A DNA stretch of 64,000 nt from Calcarisporiella thermophila CBS 279.70 (lineage: Eukaryota > Fungi > Calcarisporiellomycota). Location: positions 437,140-501,139 of the forward strand of contig NW_027192204.1 in the NCBI RefSeq assembly GCF_041956535.1. Direction: 5' to 3'. Shown piece after piece: positions 1 through 12,617 of the stretch. How positions within the stretch are numbered: position 1 is the first letter of the stretch; each line of letters starts with the position of its first letter. A model generated the notes under the pieces. That model was not told where the DNA came from. It searched no databases and saw nothing but the letters and a program-made list of their open reading frames with translations. Made by a program: the position numbers and the translations under genes.

Positions 1-55
1 AGTTTCATCCAGCGATGATTCTATTGAACGGCCGGTACTGATGCTTTACAAACAG

Positions 56-1082
56 AGGGACGACTCGAAGCGCATCACCATGCAGGTCACTGGGTCCACG
101 ACTTGGCGCCGTGCCGGCATCAAATATCGCCGTAATGAAGCCTTCATCGATGTGATTGAAAAAATCAATCTTCTAATGAGCGCGAAGGGTATTCTACTGC
201 GATCGGACGTGTCGGGCCAGATTATGATGCGCGCATATCTTTCTGGAATTCCGGACTGTAAACTAGGATTGAACGACAGGATGTTGGTGGACTCGAGGAC
301 ACGCGAAAGACATGCGGGGCGGATGAGAGGAGAGGTGGTTGAGATTGATGATTTCCAGTTCCATCAATGCGTGAAACTGGGGAGGGCAGAAGACGATAGA
401 ACCATTGTATTTATCCCGCCGGACGGGGAATTCGAACTGATGAGGTAAATTGTGCAAGCTCGCGCCGACGCTAAAGAAAGAGGCTATGGACCAAACGATT
501 GTTTTTTCTTCTTTTTTATGCTTTAGGTACCGCACGACAGAGAACATTAATCTTCCTTTCCGTGTGGATCCTGTGGTGACAGAGATCGGAAAGACACGGG
601 TCGAGTACAAGATCCGGGTCAAGGCCAACTTCCCTTCCAAGCTCCATGCATCCAATGTTGTGATTAAAATCCCTACCCCTCTCAATGCAGCCAAGGTGGA
701 TGCAAAGGTTACGATGGGGAAAGCAAAGTACACGCCCGCCGAAAACGCGATAATATGGAAGTGCGTGGAGTATAAGGCTGTTACTCGAGCTTCTTCGAAA
801 AGGTTTGCTTAACTCTCGACCTTGGATTGTATCTGCCTATCTAGGATATCTCGGTTTGCCGGCCAGTCCGAATGCACTCTTTCCGGAGAGGCCGAACTGA
901 CCACCATGACGAACAAGAAGGCTTGGTCGCGCCCACCCCTCTCGATGGAATTTCAGGTGCTTATGTTCACCTCCTCAGGGTTGCTGATACGGTATCTGAA
1001 AATTTTCGAGAAGAGCGGCTACCGCAGCGTCAAGTGGGTGCGATACGTAACTATGAACGGAAGCTATCTTATCCGGTTCTGA
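56..1082 (+). CDS. APM4: AP-2 adaptor complex mu subunit, 3' part (5' end lies outside the window); exons 56-444, 527-760, 845-1082
   Basis: Mu-homology motifs ITMQVTG..WRR.GIKYRRNEAFIDVIE, FHQCVKL, FIPPDGEFELMRY, WSRPPLSMEF, FTSSGLLIRYLK, VKWVRY..GSY.IRF; GT-AG introns restore the frame. Confidence 0.95.
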
Positions 1083-1426
1083 TGCGAAGGCCTCTCGTAG
1101 TAACACTGCTAGATGCATTGCTTTGTACAAATATATTAATTTCCACCCATCTCTCCACCCTGAATATCCATGTTCAAACGAAGCGAGAAACGTATTATCA
1201 CTCTATTATGGCTCCAAAAGGTTGAATCATAAAAGCAAAAAGGTGACGCGAACGCATGCCCCTTATCCCCCCTTAATCTCAATTAATCCTTTTTCGGCCT
1301 TTAGTCTGGAGTATTATTAAAAATTGAATAGAGATTTGTAAAGCCGATTAGCTCTCTTCGCATTCATTAATCGTCTGGCTTGGAAAAGAAAAAAAAATAA
1401 AATCCGCACACTTAAAGACTCGGTTT

Positions 1427-2026
1427 ATGGCGCATGCAAAGCAGAATTACTCCACGCAGGTGGAGGACACCGTCAACGATCAAATTCACGTGGAGCAGAC
1501 AGCCTCTCACACCTATCGCTTTGATGCCGCCTGGTGCGACAGAGATAATGTAGCATTGCCGGTATGGCGCTTCGCCTGATTTGCCTCCCTCCTCGGAAGA
1601 TGGTTCTGTTTTCATTATCTAATTCTGCAACCATCGTAGGGTCTGGAGAGTTATTTTAGACACAAGACAGAGGAAGAGAGTGAGCGCGCTCAGAAGCTCA
1701 TCTCCTACCAGAATATGCGCGGTGGCCGCGCCATTCTCAAGCAAGTGCCTGCACCAGCCACTGAGCTCCGCTCTCCCAAGAAAGTTGTCGAGGGGAGCTT
1801 GCAGCTCGAGAAAGACGTTAACAAAGCCCTGCTCTCCTTCAGCCTTCAAGCCCAGGAAGCAAAAGATGCTCAACTGGATAACTATGTGAAGCAGAAGTTC
1901 CTTGCCGAACAGGCTGAGTCGATTGAAGAGCTCGCGCGAATGACCACCCAGTTAGAAAGAGTGGGCGCTGATGGGTTGGGGCTTTACATCTGGGACCGGG
2001 ATTTGAAGCACAAGACTAAAGTTTAG
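1427..2026 (+). CDS. Eukaryotic-type ferritin subunit; exons 1427-1561, 1640-2026
   Basis: Spliced protein MAHAKQNYSTQVEDTVNDQIHVEQTASHTY..DRDNVALPGL..EEESERAQKL..QNMRGG..LQLEKDVN..FLAEQ..GLGLYIWDR aligns by eye with H-ferritin. Confidence 0.93.
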
Positions 2027-2218
2027 CTCGGGACTGCATGGCGACTCCAACCCGAGGAATTTGCGAAAAGAGGATGAGGTTTGGGGGGTGATAGAGGAGT
2101 GGGGAATTGGTATGCCTTTGAATAAAGCAGTATTGATAAGCAAGCGGGGTGAAATAAACCAATGTACTAGTCGGTGCCCATCCTCTTATATGAACCGAGC
2201 AAGAAAAATCTCCCTATT

Positions 2219-2241
2219 CCTCCTCCTCCTCCTCCTCCTCC
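2219..2241. repeat. (CTC)n microsatellite
   Basis: Tandem ctc repeats upstream of MET30. Confidence 0.85.
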
Positions 2242-2528
2242 CCGCCTAGCTCTAGCTAGGCGCTGGGTGTATTCTGGCAGGTTGAAAGGAAGGCTCTGTC
2301 ACGTCGCATTATCTTTGCGTCAGTGGCGAAGTTTTCCACGGAGCACCTTTAGGCTCTGATTCCACGATGCGTTTAACTCTATATCGACCTTTTCATTATT
2401 AAGCCATTAGAGGGATTGAGGAATCCTAATAGTGGCTTGGTATTACGTGACAGCAAAAATAAAAAATACCCAGGATAAATTAATGCGTCACACGGTCATT
2501 GCCTCTGTTTTCCAGAGCATTATTGAGT

Positions 2529-4680
2529 ATGGATACCCGTCTCGAGCGTGAGACAGAAGACGACAATGTGGTCACGCCCTACCTCAGCCGCTATCTTCCC
2601 CTTGCCACGTCGCTGAACCCGCTAAAGAAATTCTGCTTTCGCCATCGCCCTGATTCGGCATTAAGACACCGCGCCGATGGGCTCACGATGAGTGAAATGC
2701 AGCGGGTAAAGTACCATGATCAGAATGGGAACAGATCGCGGCCCACTTTCCCTCTATTTTTCTGTGACTAATGTCTGCCTTTCTTTTTTATTTTTGCTCA
2801 GCAACTCGATGAGCTTCCTTTGACGGACCGCCAGGCGATCTCTCAAGTGTGGAGCGTCTTTTCCGCTTCCCCAGCTCCTTACCGCCTCTTGATTCTCAAA
2901 GGTCTTCTCGCCCAGTGCTGCTTCCCCCAGCTTTCCTTTATTCATGGCACAGTGCCCTCGCTGCTGCGCGTGGACTTTATCGCTTATCTCCCTCACGAGC
3001 TTTCGTTAAAAATCCTCTCCTACCTCGACGCAAAATCCCTGTGCCAGGCAGCCCGAGTTAGTCAGACATGGAAGCAGCTTGCAGACGATGATTGTGTGTG
3101 GCATCTTATGTGCAAGCAGCATATTGACAAAAAGTGCATCCGGTGTGGATGGGGACTGCCCCTGATGGATCCTACCAATACAGGGTCCCAGCCCATCAAA
3201 AGAAGTATAGAATCATTAGCATCTTGTCCGCCAGAGTGCTACGACTCCTCCCGGAGTTATGGCGGCGGCTCCATATCTACGGTCGGCCAGTCCGATGTCG
3301 AGCTCCAAACCCATCATCACGAATCATGCTCCTCGAATGCGAGTGGCCCGCCCTTAAAACGCATCAAATCCTCGGCCTACGACTCGAGCTCTCCGATGTC
3401 AACCCCCTCTCCGCCACCACCCGGTACCTCCAAACGCTCGTGGAAGGAAATTTACTCCGAACGTCTTGTGGTTGAACGCAACTGGCGTAAGAACAACCAC
3501 AGGCGGAGAGTGTTCCGAGGGCATAAGGACGGAGTGATGGCACTGCAGCTCGATGAGTGTAAGAATCTGCTGATCACGGGGGGCTACGACTGTACGGTAA
3601 AAGTGTGGGATTTGATGACGGGAGAGTGCATTCGAACCATGACGGGGCATACGCGATGCGTGCGAGCACTGCAGTTTGACTCGTGCAAACTAGGTATGGA
3701 CATATCGCCCTGCAGCTATTGCAAACAAACCCATTTTGTTTTGCTGTATACTAATATGCACCCCTTATTCTTTCCATATCGTCATTAGTAACTGGGTCCA
3801 TGGACAAGACATTGCGGATATGGAATTATCATACTGGAAAGTGCATCCGCGTGTTGGAAGCCCACACGGATGGTATCGTGTGTTTGCACTTTAATAAACA
3901 GATACTTGCAAGGTATGCTCCTGTGTAACCTTTTTTTCGTCGGAATTAAACATCCTAATACTTGGCGTCTGTAGTGGCTCCGTGGATACCACGGCCAAAG
4001 TATACAATTTTGCCACCGGAGAGTGTTTCTCCCTTTACGGACACACAGACTGGGTAAACCACGTCATCATTTTTGAACAACACTCCCTGCTGACCGCCTC
4101 CGATGACACAACGATCCGAATATTCGATCTAACGACGCGCTCATGCACAAGGGTGTTCCGAGGTCATTTAGGCCCCGTGCAATCCATCGCCATTTCCCCC
4201 AAGAGCTTCGAACAAATGTTCCGTATGGAGGCCAACCTCTCCGCGCAGGCGCCAGATCCGCAGCCCAGAAATCCTTCCCTCGACGGCCTATTGTGTGCTC
4301 CTTCACTGCCCCCCCAACAGGCCCCCGCCTCTAGCACTTCGATCGCCACCGAGGACGTCTTGCGCGAGATCTCTGGCCCTATCCTAATATCGGGGTCGCT
4401 TGACAACACAATCAAGATCTGGAGTTATCAAACGGGCGAGTGTCTGCGCACCCTCTTCGGCCATCTTGAAGGCGTTTGGAGCGTGCAATTCGACCGCCTG
4501 CGCCTGGTCTCCTCCGCTCAGGATAGGTCGATCAAAGTGTGGGACTGGAGCAGTGGAAAGTGTTTGCAAACGCTGCTCGCCTCGGCCCCCGTGAATTGTG
4601 TCGCTCTCTCGGACACGAAGATTGTCAGTGGGGCGGAGGATGGGGATGTATATGTTTTCGACTATGGAGTCAAGCGATAG
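2529..4680 (+). CDS. MET30: F-box/WD40 sulfur-metabolism repressor Met30/SconB/SCON-2; introns 2706-2801, 3694-3788, 3913-3974
   Basis: KFCFRHRPD motif, dimerisation segment (LILKGLLAQCCFPQLS), F-box (LPHELSLKILSYLDAKSLCQAARVS), CKQHIDKKCIRCGWGLP, multiple GH...WD repeats. Confidence 0.93.
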
Positions 4681-5019
4681 GCGAAGAAATGCGAGTGACG
4701 GTTTGAAAGCAGAGAGAGAAAAAAATAATATTAGTGTTCTATAATGATTCTTTCACTCCATTTCAGTTCAAATATTCAATGCCATGCCATCTTTGTATCA
4801 TACTGGGCATTTATGCCCAACTTGTCACTTATATCGTTTATTTATTTTATTTTTTGTTTTCAGTCTACCTCTAATATCTCGATGAATAAACCTTGCATAT
4901 ATAGTTCAAAGAATTCACAACTCCGAGACAGGAATGCTGCGCCTCACATCAATTCTCGACTTAATGGAGGTGCACTTTCGGGTGTTTGCCATTGTTTTTC
5001 TTGTATTTTGTGATGCGAG

Positions 5020-6168
5020 ATGATCATAAAAGAGGCGTCGGCAACCAGTGAAGGTAAGTGCTGGAATGATCACGATTTCACCTTGGGAACGGTTAACTGT
5101 ATGGGTAACGCCCTTTGATCTTGGTAGAGGACTCCAATCTCCTAGTGCTTGTGATCGACACTAATCCCTTTATCTGGCATAAGCTCGCTCAGCCGCCAAC
5201 CTCGCTCTCCATCTACGATGCTCTGCATCAGCTGATCATATTCCTGAATGCGCACCTTGCGCTAAAGCACGACAATCTCGTTGCCGTGATTGCCAGTCAT
5301 ACCGGAGAGAGCAAGTTTCTCTATCCGATCCCCAGCATCAATGGATCAACCGTGCCCAACGGGATTGCGGCAAGTGGGGGGACCGCCGAGGGGGGGAATG
5401 AGAGGGGCGCCAATGTATACCAGCAGTTCCGCGAGGTCGATGATCAAGTGGTCAAGAGTGTACGCGAACTGTTTGAAAATGCATCGATCGACGAGAATGC
5501 CGATCACCAAGGAACAAGCTTGATTGCAGGAGCACTCTCCATGGCGCTGTGCTACATTCATCGGATAACTCGCCTGGATGAACTTGGGCGGGTGAAGCCG
5601 CGCATCCTGGTGGTGTCGGTGTCTCCCGATTCCCCCTTCCAGTATATCCCGATCATGAATTGCATTTTCTCGGCACAGAAATCGGTAGGCCTGCCTATGA
5701 AAGATCCTCCTTCTCTTCCTGCCCACTCTCTAATCATCCAACCTTTCCTCTTAGTCCATCCCAGTGGACGTCTGCAAAATCCATGGCGAGGACTCTGTTT
5801 TCCTTCAGCAGGCGGCCAACATCACTGGAGGCGTCTACCTGAAACTAGATGATCAGCTCACTGGCTTGCTTCAGTATCTGCTCTTCAATTTTCTCCCCGA
5901 TCGCTACTCACGGCAATTTCTCTGCCTACCGGGCCAGGACCAGGTGGATTATCGGGCCGCCTGCTTCTGCCACAAGCGCATTATTGACATCGGCTACGTC
6001 TGTTCTGTGTGCCTATCGATTTTCTGCAGCTTCTCGCCGGTGTGCACTACTTGTCGCACCAAGTTTGCCTTTAGAGCCTTGCCCACAGCGGCTCCAGCCG
6101 GAGCGCGAGCCAAGCCGCGCAATGGAAGCGCCCCTGGATCAGGACGATCCACCCCAAGTCACGCCTAG
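5020..6168 (+). CDS. TFB4: TFIIH core subunit Tfb4/p34; introns about 5054-5127 and 5685-5754
   Basis: vWA-like [47 protein letters not shown]-terminal [22 protein letters not shown]....CTTC zinc finger. Confidence 0.95.
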
Positions 6169-6772
6169 GAAAAACAAAGGAGGACTGTAATTGTAAATAG
6201 ATCACTGACGCCTCGCTCTCCTCCCTCCCTCCTCCCTCTTTCCCCCCGCTCTCCCTCGCACCCCATCCTTATGGATAGTTGTTTTCTCGAATGTGCAAAA
6301 GACAACCCACTTCTTCCCCCCTTACCCCCCTCCCCTCAGTCCTACGCTTGTATCATATTCCTTGGCCAATAAACACGGCTCACACCATATTATTTTTAAC
6401 TTTTGCCAATACATCGACTGGATGCAAAATAGCCTTAGCTCGAGTTCTGAGGAGAAAAAAAATGAAGATTACAAGCATTTCCGTAATAGAGACAATCAAA
6501 TAAAAATACGAAAGAACAAAAAAAAAAAGAAGTCTGAACAGAAATCAAAGGGGGAAACGAGGAGAAAAACCATTATTGTGTAAAGCAAAAGAAAGTAAAA
6601 TTGGCGGGAAAAGGTGAAAAAAAAAGTTAAGAAAATCAAGAAAGGGAGCATGACACTTGAAATAGACCATAATATAATAATTGCATCATCGAGTGAAAAA
6701 TAATAAAAATTTTGTTGGTTTGAGAAGAGTAAACCCGACGCACAGAATCTAGCCTCGCCGTATGGGCCGCTC

Positions 6773-9700
6773 CTAATTTGCCGTTCGCTGAATCAAGGAG
6801 CGCACCTGCTCCTTGACGTACTTGGTGACTTTGAGCTGAACCCTCTCATCCACCGCCTTGAGTCTGCCGGAGAGATATTCTTTGGATCGCATCTCCTTAT
6901 CAACCACAGCATGGGTCAGCTAGAGGATAAACAAAGATATTCCAGGGTTAGTCAGAGGGTCGAGGGGATACAGGCTAGCAGGCATGAGAAGACAAAAAAA
7001 ATCCAACCTTTTTAGCAATCATCTTGTATTTATCGCTCGTCGACTCGTTTTTGAATAAAGCCTCGCCGTACTTGGTGAGAGCCTTTCGCACATAGGGTGC
7101 TAGCTGCTCCTTGAGCTGCTCCTTGGACAATGAATTCGCGGCGGCAGCGGAGTTGTGTTCCGCGTTGGCCGAGAGGTCTCTATGAAATTCGCCTTCTTTC
7201 CGCTTGGCATGGATCGCTTCCTTCAGGTCACTACTTCTGCCCGTAGACTTAGTTGTCGGCGCATCCTTGTCCAGCATGCGATCGCTGTTATCACCCGGTC
7301 CTTGGGAGGGATAGGGTTGTCGCGAGCTATTGGTCTCGGGAGAGTTGTACGAACGACCAGGATACGAGGCATATTGGGCCGAGTCGGGAGTGGTCTGCTC
7401 AGTCACCTTGGGCGGATCCCACTGTGTTTCCTTGGTGACCTCATTGTAATAATATATCCGACCGCCGGGCTCAGAGACCGCCCAATTCCAGCCTTTGGGT
7501 AGCGGAGGCACATTTGGGGCTGCATTGGGAGCTGCATGGTATCCACGATAGCCACTACCAGCACCACGGGGCCCCATCGAAAAGTGAGCTTGTTCGTCTT
7601 GCTTCACAAGAGGAGCTGTGGAGTTGGCGGAGGATGGATCTGTGCGCGGCCGTTTATCTTCGTAACCATACCTTGCTTCTTCGTTGTCGTAGCCGCGTTT
7701 CTGCCAAGGCCTTGATGAGTTTTGATAGGATGGCTGACCGCGAGAGGAGGTGGACTCACTCCACGGGCGCTTGTCCGGGAGCTGTTCGAAAGAGCCATAG
7801 CGACCCTCCTCGTGGCGCCTTGTCTGCTGCCAGGCGACCGGCTCATCTCTTTTAAGGGGGTTGGAGGCGGGTGTAGGGGTTGTCGAATGGGCCGTGGAAT
7901 TGGTCAGCAGAGTCCAAATCTCTTTTGATTTCACATCCTCTTCTAATAAAGAATAATGAACATTTAACCCCATCATGTAAAAAAAACACATCTAAAATTC
8001 AGTATCAACCTTTGGGCTTTCTATCCGGCTCTTGGATTTTAAGTTCGTTCGCTGGGGCAGAGCCTGGAGCACGCTTTGGGATTCGATACACAAGCTCAAG
8101 GTTATCCCAAACACTACGAAGATCCCCTGCCAAGCGCCGGACCTCCTCATCGCTATGCTCGGTGGCCAACCCAGTGATCACATCGAGGAGCTTGTTGTCC
8201 GCCACGGTGTTCCGTTTGTTGAGCTTGATGCGGTCCAATTGCAAAAGCACGGCACGCACAAGATCTGCGTCCACCTTGAATTTTAGAAGCCACATTTTGA
8301 GAATGTTCAAGCCTCTGAACATGAGGAACCGACGTTGAGTTTCACGATCCCACTCCGTTACTTCCAACACCTCCAACAACTTCTGCACCCACTCAGTTTT
8401 AATGTCTGGTCGCAAGGAGAGTCGAAGAAATTCGGAGACATTCTCGGGGTTGAGCGACTACAAGGGGACACATGAATGTTAATTCTCGAAAGAAAGTAGT
8501 CTAGCTGCAGCCTCACACTCACGTCCAACTTATAGTCTTTCCGCCGTAGTTTACCTCTAGTCGAAAAGAGACGGTAGAGTTTTTCGTAGAATTCCTCTGT
8601 TGTTCCGGAAAAGTAAAAAATAAAAGGAAATTAATAAAGTGGCGGAAGAAGCAGGGGGAGAATACGCATACCGTCTTCAATATCTTTGATGTCGGGAAGA
8701 GTGGTTCGCTTCTTCCCTCCAATAATTCCCTTACAATTGGGTTCACCACAATGGCACTCTTGAGCGGTTTTGCTATAGAGAGTAGAGCGAAGATTTTCCA
8801 GCCACAATTATTTTTACAACGAATTCCCAAAATGGTTTTCTTACCCATATCTCTCAAACATATAATCAAAAGTCAACTCGTCACCGGCAGCGATGGCCCG
8901 TTTAGTAAAGATCCCGATACGCAAATGGGAACCCACCGTCCATTTCTGCAGCTCACAGTTCGGGTTACAAGAATGATTGATGAAACGAGCAAGACAGCCT
9001 TTTTTGGTTGCATCAATAACCTAGAGGAAAAGACTTTAGCACTTTGCACAACAAGGGCGAAATGAACTGGAAATGTTGCATCGATCGAATTACCTCATTT
9101 CGTTGCAGACTCATAAAATAGTGATGTGGGAGCTTCTGTTTATCGTATTCCTGCGTGCGCTTTAAAAAATCTTCATACGGAACCACTTCGCCTATGTATT
9201 CCATTACGAAATGATTCCTAGGTTGACAAAAGGGCGGAATATCAGTGGAGGATGCTGGGAGGGTGGTCATGCCATTAACCCTTACCTGCCCAAGTCCTTG
9301 CGGGTTCGTAGCCCGTAGCCTTTCTTTTCTGTCTTGATGACATCCACATCGGCATATTCCTTGCGCTGAAAACTGTGATTGGATAGGTTAATAAGTTCTA
9401 TCTTGATTGAGATGATTGGAAGAGGTAGAGACATTACCGCCTGTTTTTGCAGTGTAACCCGGATGGACAGTTATCTCCACATTCCACCATCAACATCCGG
9501 TTAATGCATTCGCTGCTCTCTCCACAGGCCATCTCATCCTCCTTCAGAAGAGGATCAAAGGTACACTGACAGGGTAGATCCCCATCGGTGCCGTTTTCAG
9601 CAAGCCCGGTATTTCCCTTGTAGATATTGCTGGTGATGTGCACGTACACACCCATCGCCTCCTCGGTCACATCAGGCAGATGTGACACTTTATTTGTGGA

Positions 9701-9934
9701 GGCAACAACCGCTGCCTGAGGTGGAGGGCTGTTCGAATTGGAAGACGAGGAACCATTGGGCGATTCGCTTGCGTTTGGAGATTCCATGTGAGGGAGGAGA
9801 GAGGATGCAATCTTATTTCCGCCTTCCTTATCCGGCTTGAAAATCGTATGATGGGGTGGTGATGGGCTATCAGGAGTAATGACCTGGGTATGAGTGACGC
9901 TAGAAGAAGTTGGGCTCGATGCGGTAGCGAGCAT
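6773..9934 (-). CDS. SET2: Histone H3K36 methyltransferase Set2 (AWS-SET-postSET, WW, SRI); multi-exon
   Basis: [19 protein letters not shown]; [41 protein letters not shown]; post-[13 protein letters not shown]; WW LPKGW..IYYYN..TQWDPP; [12 protein letters not shown]. Confidence 0.95.
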
Positions 9935-10389
9935 TAGGAGAAGGTGCAAAAAAAAGGGAAAAGGATGGATGAGCTCGAATGTCAGGTGAAGAATAAATGA
10001 TGCCTCAGAAAATCTGGAGGCAAGGCTAGAGGGCACAGGATCCCGGAACAGCCAAAACTTTGGGAGCACTGTTGAATCGAAGTGGTTGAGTTGTAACTGC
10101 TGCGCTCCTATCGAAACCCACCGTTGTTCAATGGACCAATGATGATAATAAAGTCTTAGGCAATAGGGGATGATATGGACAGAAATCTTGTGTCGATGAA
10201 GAGATGGTTTTTGATATACCAGTGATCAGATGCTCTTGTTGCACACCCTACTCGGATGGTAAAGTAAAAATAAAGTAGACACAAAATTAAGCCACCCATT
10301 TTGAGGCAAAAAAAAAAACCAGGAAATGCCCTACTTGAAGCAAGATCCAACGTTAATCACTGCATTGCACTCCAACACTTTCACCTTAG

Positions 10390-11790
10390 GTTATCACAAA
10401 ATCCTCGGAGGCGATGGGAGCCGTGCCCCGGGATTTGAGCTGGAGCGAAGATTATGTTGGAGGATATCCCAAAATCACGTACGGTCCCTTAAGCAGCACC
10501 TGGGAGGATCTCACGGAGACTTATGACAGCATTGTGATTGGTGACCATAGCGCAGTCCCCCCAGTGGATGATGATGGGCTTGAACGAGACTTGCCGGCGC
10601 TGCTCCCCGTCGAAAATGTGACCTGGGAAGAGTCTATGCCGATCTTGGAGGATGGTGATATGGACGAGATGCTAATCGGATATACTTTTACTGGTGCTGG
10701 CAGCTTGCTCGTATACGATATTCGTGGCTCCCGAAGTAGCAGTGACTCTGACACGCGCCTTGAGCCAATGCGAGAGGCCTTCTTGTGCATGCCTGGAGAG
10801 ATGCTGAGTCATAATGCGCCCTTGTGTCCGTGCAATAAGCTTGACTCTGCGGCCAGCTGGGAGAGTGGTTGCCCATGGTGCCAGGACCACCCTGATCACG
10901 AAATTACCACTTTACTAGAACTAACTAAGCTTGCGCGACGTGACTGGCAGATAAAATATTACTGTACTGTGGCATGCCGCCGAGTTAGAAGGTCTGTGGT
11001 AATTGGTGTACCTTGCGAACATGGAACAAAGTGGCGGGGTGCTCATTATTATCAGGCCTTTTGTGGAAAAATTACTCACGCACGTTGATACAGTCCATGC
11101 GCTTACCGCCAAGTACTTAACCTTCCCCAAAGGAAAAGATTGGGAACCGATGGGAGCTGCCGTAACATTGGCTCTGGGTATGAGAGTAGATTATCAAAGC
11201 GAGCACGAGTGTTCCCTATGCGCAACACGTAGGGCTGCAGCCGTAGAGGCTCATGTGGTTGTGGATCCACTCCTTGAGAGAACTGGTGACTACTTTGAAC
11301 TTTACCGCGTGCTCCAAGTGGTATAGAAGCGATAGGATTGGCGGTCTTCTATATGAAGTTTTGGACCTCATGAAGGCTGCCGCATAATCCAGAGCATCTT
11401 GCTTTGGGGGAGGGCCATGGCAATACGAAACCGCTACGCCCATTATGGAGCATGTCTCAAACTTTTGTCGCCGTCATATGGCAGGTGGTGGCATAGGTCT
11501 TTACAGTAGCCAGGTCACCCCAGCTGCTTCGATACCCGCTTCATTGCCAACTTATTCCGCATGGTGGATGGTTGCATGCCGATGCCGTTCCAGAAAGTAT
11601 ACTTACTAATACAGGTAGTGAAGTCAAATTAGCGCCGACTTAATTCCACACACGTTCGATGCCTGTCTTGGAGGACAAGGACCCTACTTCGTGGCGGAAC
11701 ATGCGTGTGCCGTAGTCCATGCTACTGCTTTAGCGCTTGGATTTGGACAAAATTGCTTAGTTTGATTGAGTATGGCGGTCGATCAGTAAA
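10390..11790 (+). pseudogene. Decayed intronless ORF of unknown origin (frameshifts and stops)
   Basis: A 224-aa ORF continues as protein-like text in shifted frames (NITVLWHAAELEGLW*LVYLANMEQ...; DRIGGLLYEVLDLMKAAA*SRASC...); no family recognised. Confidence 0.45.
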
Positions 11791-12617
11791 GCATGACCGC
11801 AAATATCTCGGCAGCTACATCGTGGATTCGGCACCGATACCTGTGCTGTACACTCGACTCGTCTCGTAACTCGTCTTGTAGCAAGCATCGATCCCACATA
11901 TGCGGCGTCCGTCAACTTTTCAGATCTTTAGCTCACCATAGTAATTTTTACCTCAACTCGATTATTACCTCGCAATCTAAATATATAGCATACTCATACA
12001 ATATAACTCCGCTAATACCGCTTTTTTTTTCATGTAAAAATATTTAAGTATTAATTGCATTGAGGGAAAATATTCATTTTGCATGTAAGTTTTTGTATAT
12101 TAGGATCGTGGAATAATAAATATGAGTCATGGCATTGTGCTTTATATCTCAACTGTGCCATGATAGTCGGGAGCTGAAATTTTACATATATCAATCACGC
12201 TCAGTTTATAATTCCGTTTTTATTTTTATATGGGAAAAAATAGTGGTAAGTGATAAGCTGTGCTGGAACAAATGATTATCGAGAATAGATCACAGATCTG
12301 CATAAGACCTTTCGTATGTATATGTTTGGTTTGCGCAACAACTTCACTCCCTGATATTGTCCAACACCATCTGCTACAGCTCCAATCCTACTACGCGACG
12401 GTGATCTACACGAGGATACACTGAGCATGGGAAAGAAGCGTCGTACCATGATGTGATACACAAGAATTTATATATTAATTGTTGGTAAATAAAGGGGAAA
12501 ACTACGGGAATTAAGTGGAGAGTTTATGTAAACATACAATCCTAATACAGAGGCTATCCTGGTGTGGGATAGCAAAAGTAAAGATAAAAAATAAAAGTCC
12601 ATGGTGATATGAAGCAA

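Noticed and set aside
1330-1427. Iron-responsive element before ferritin
   Set aside because: No CAGUGN stem-loop visible
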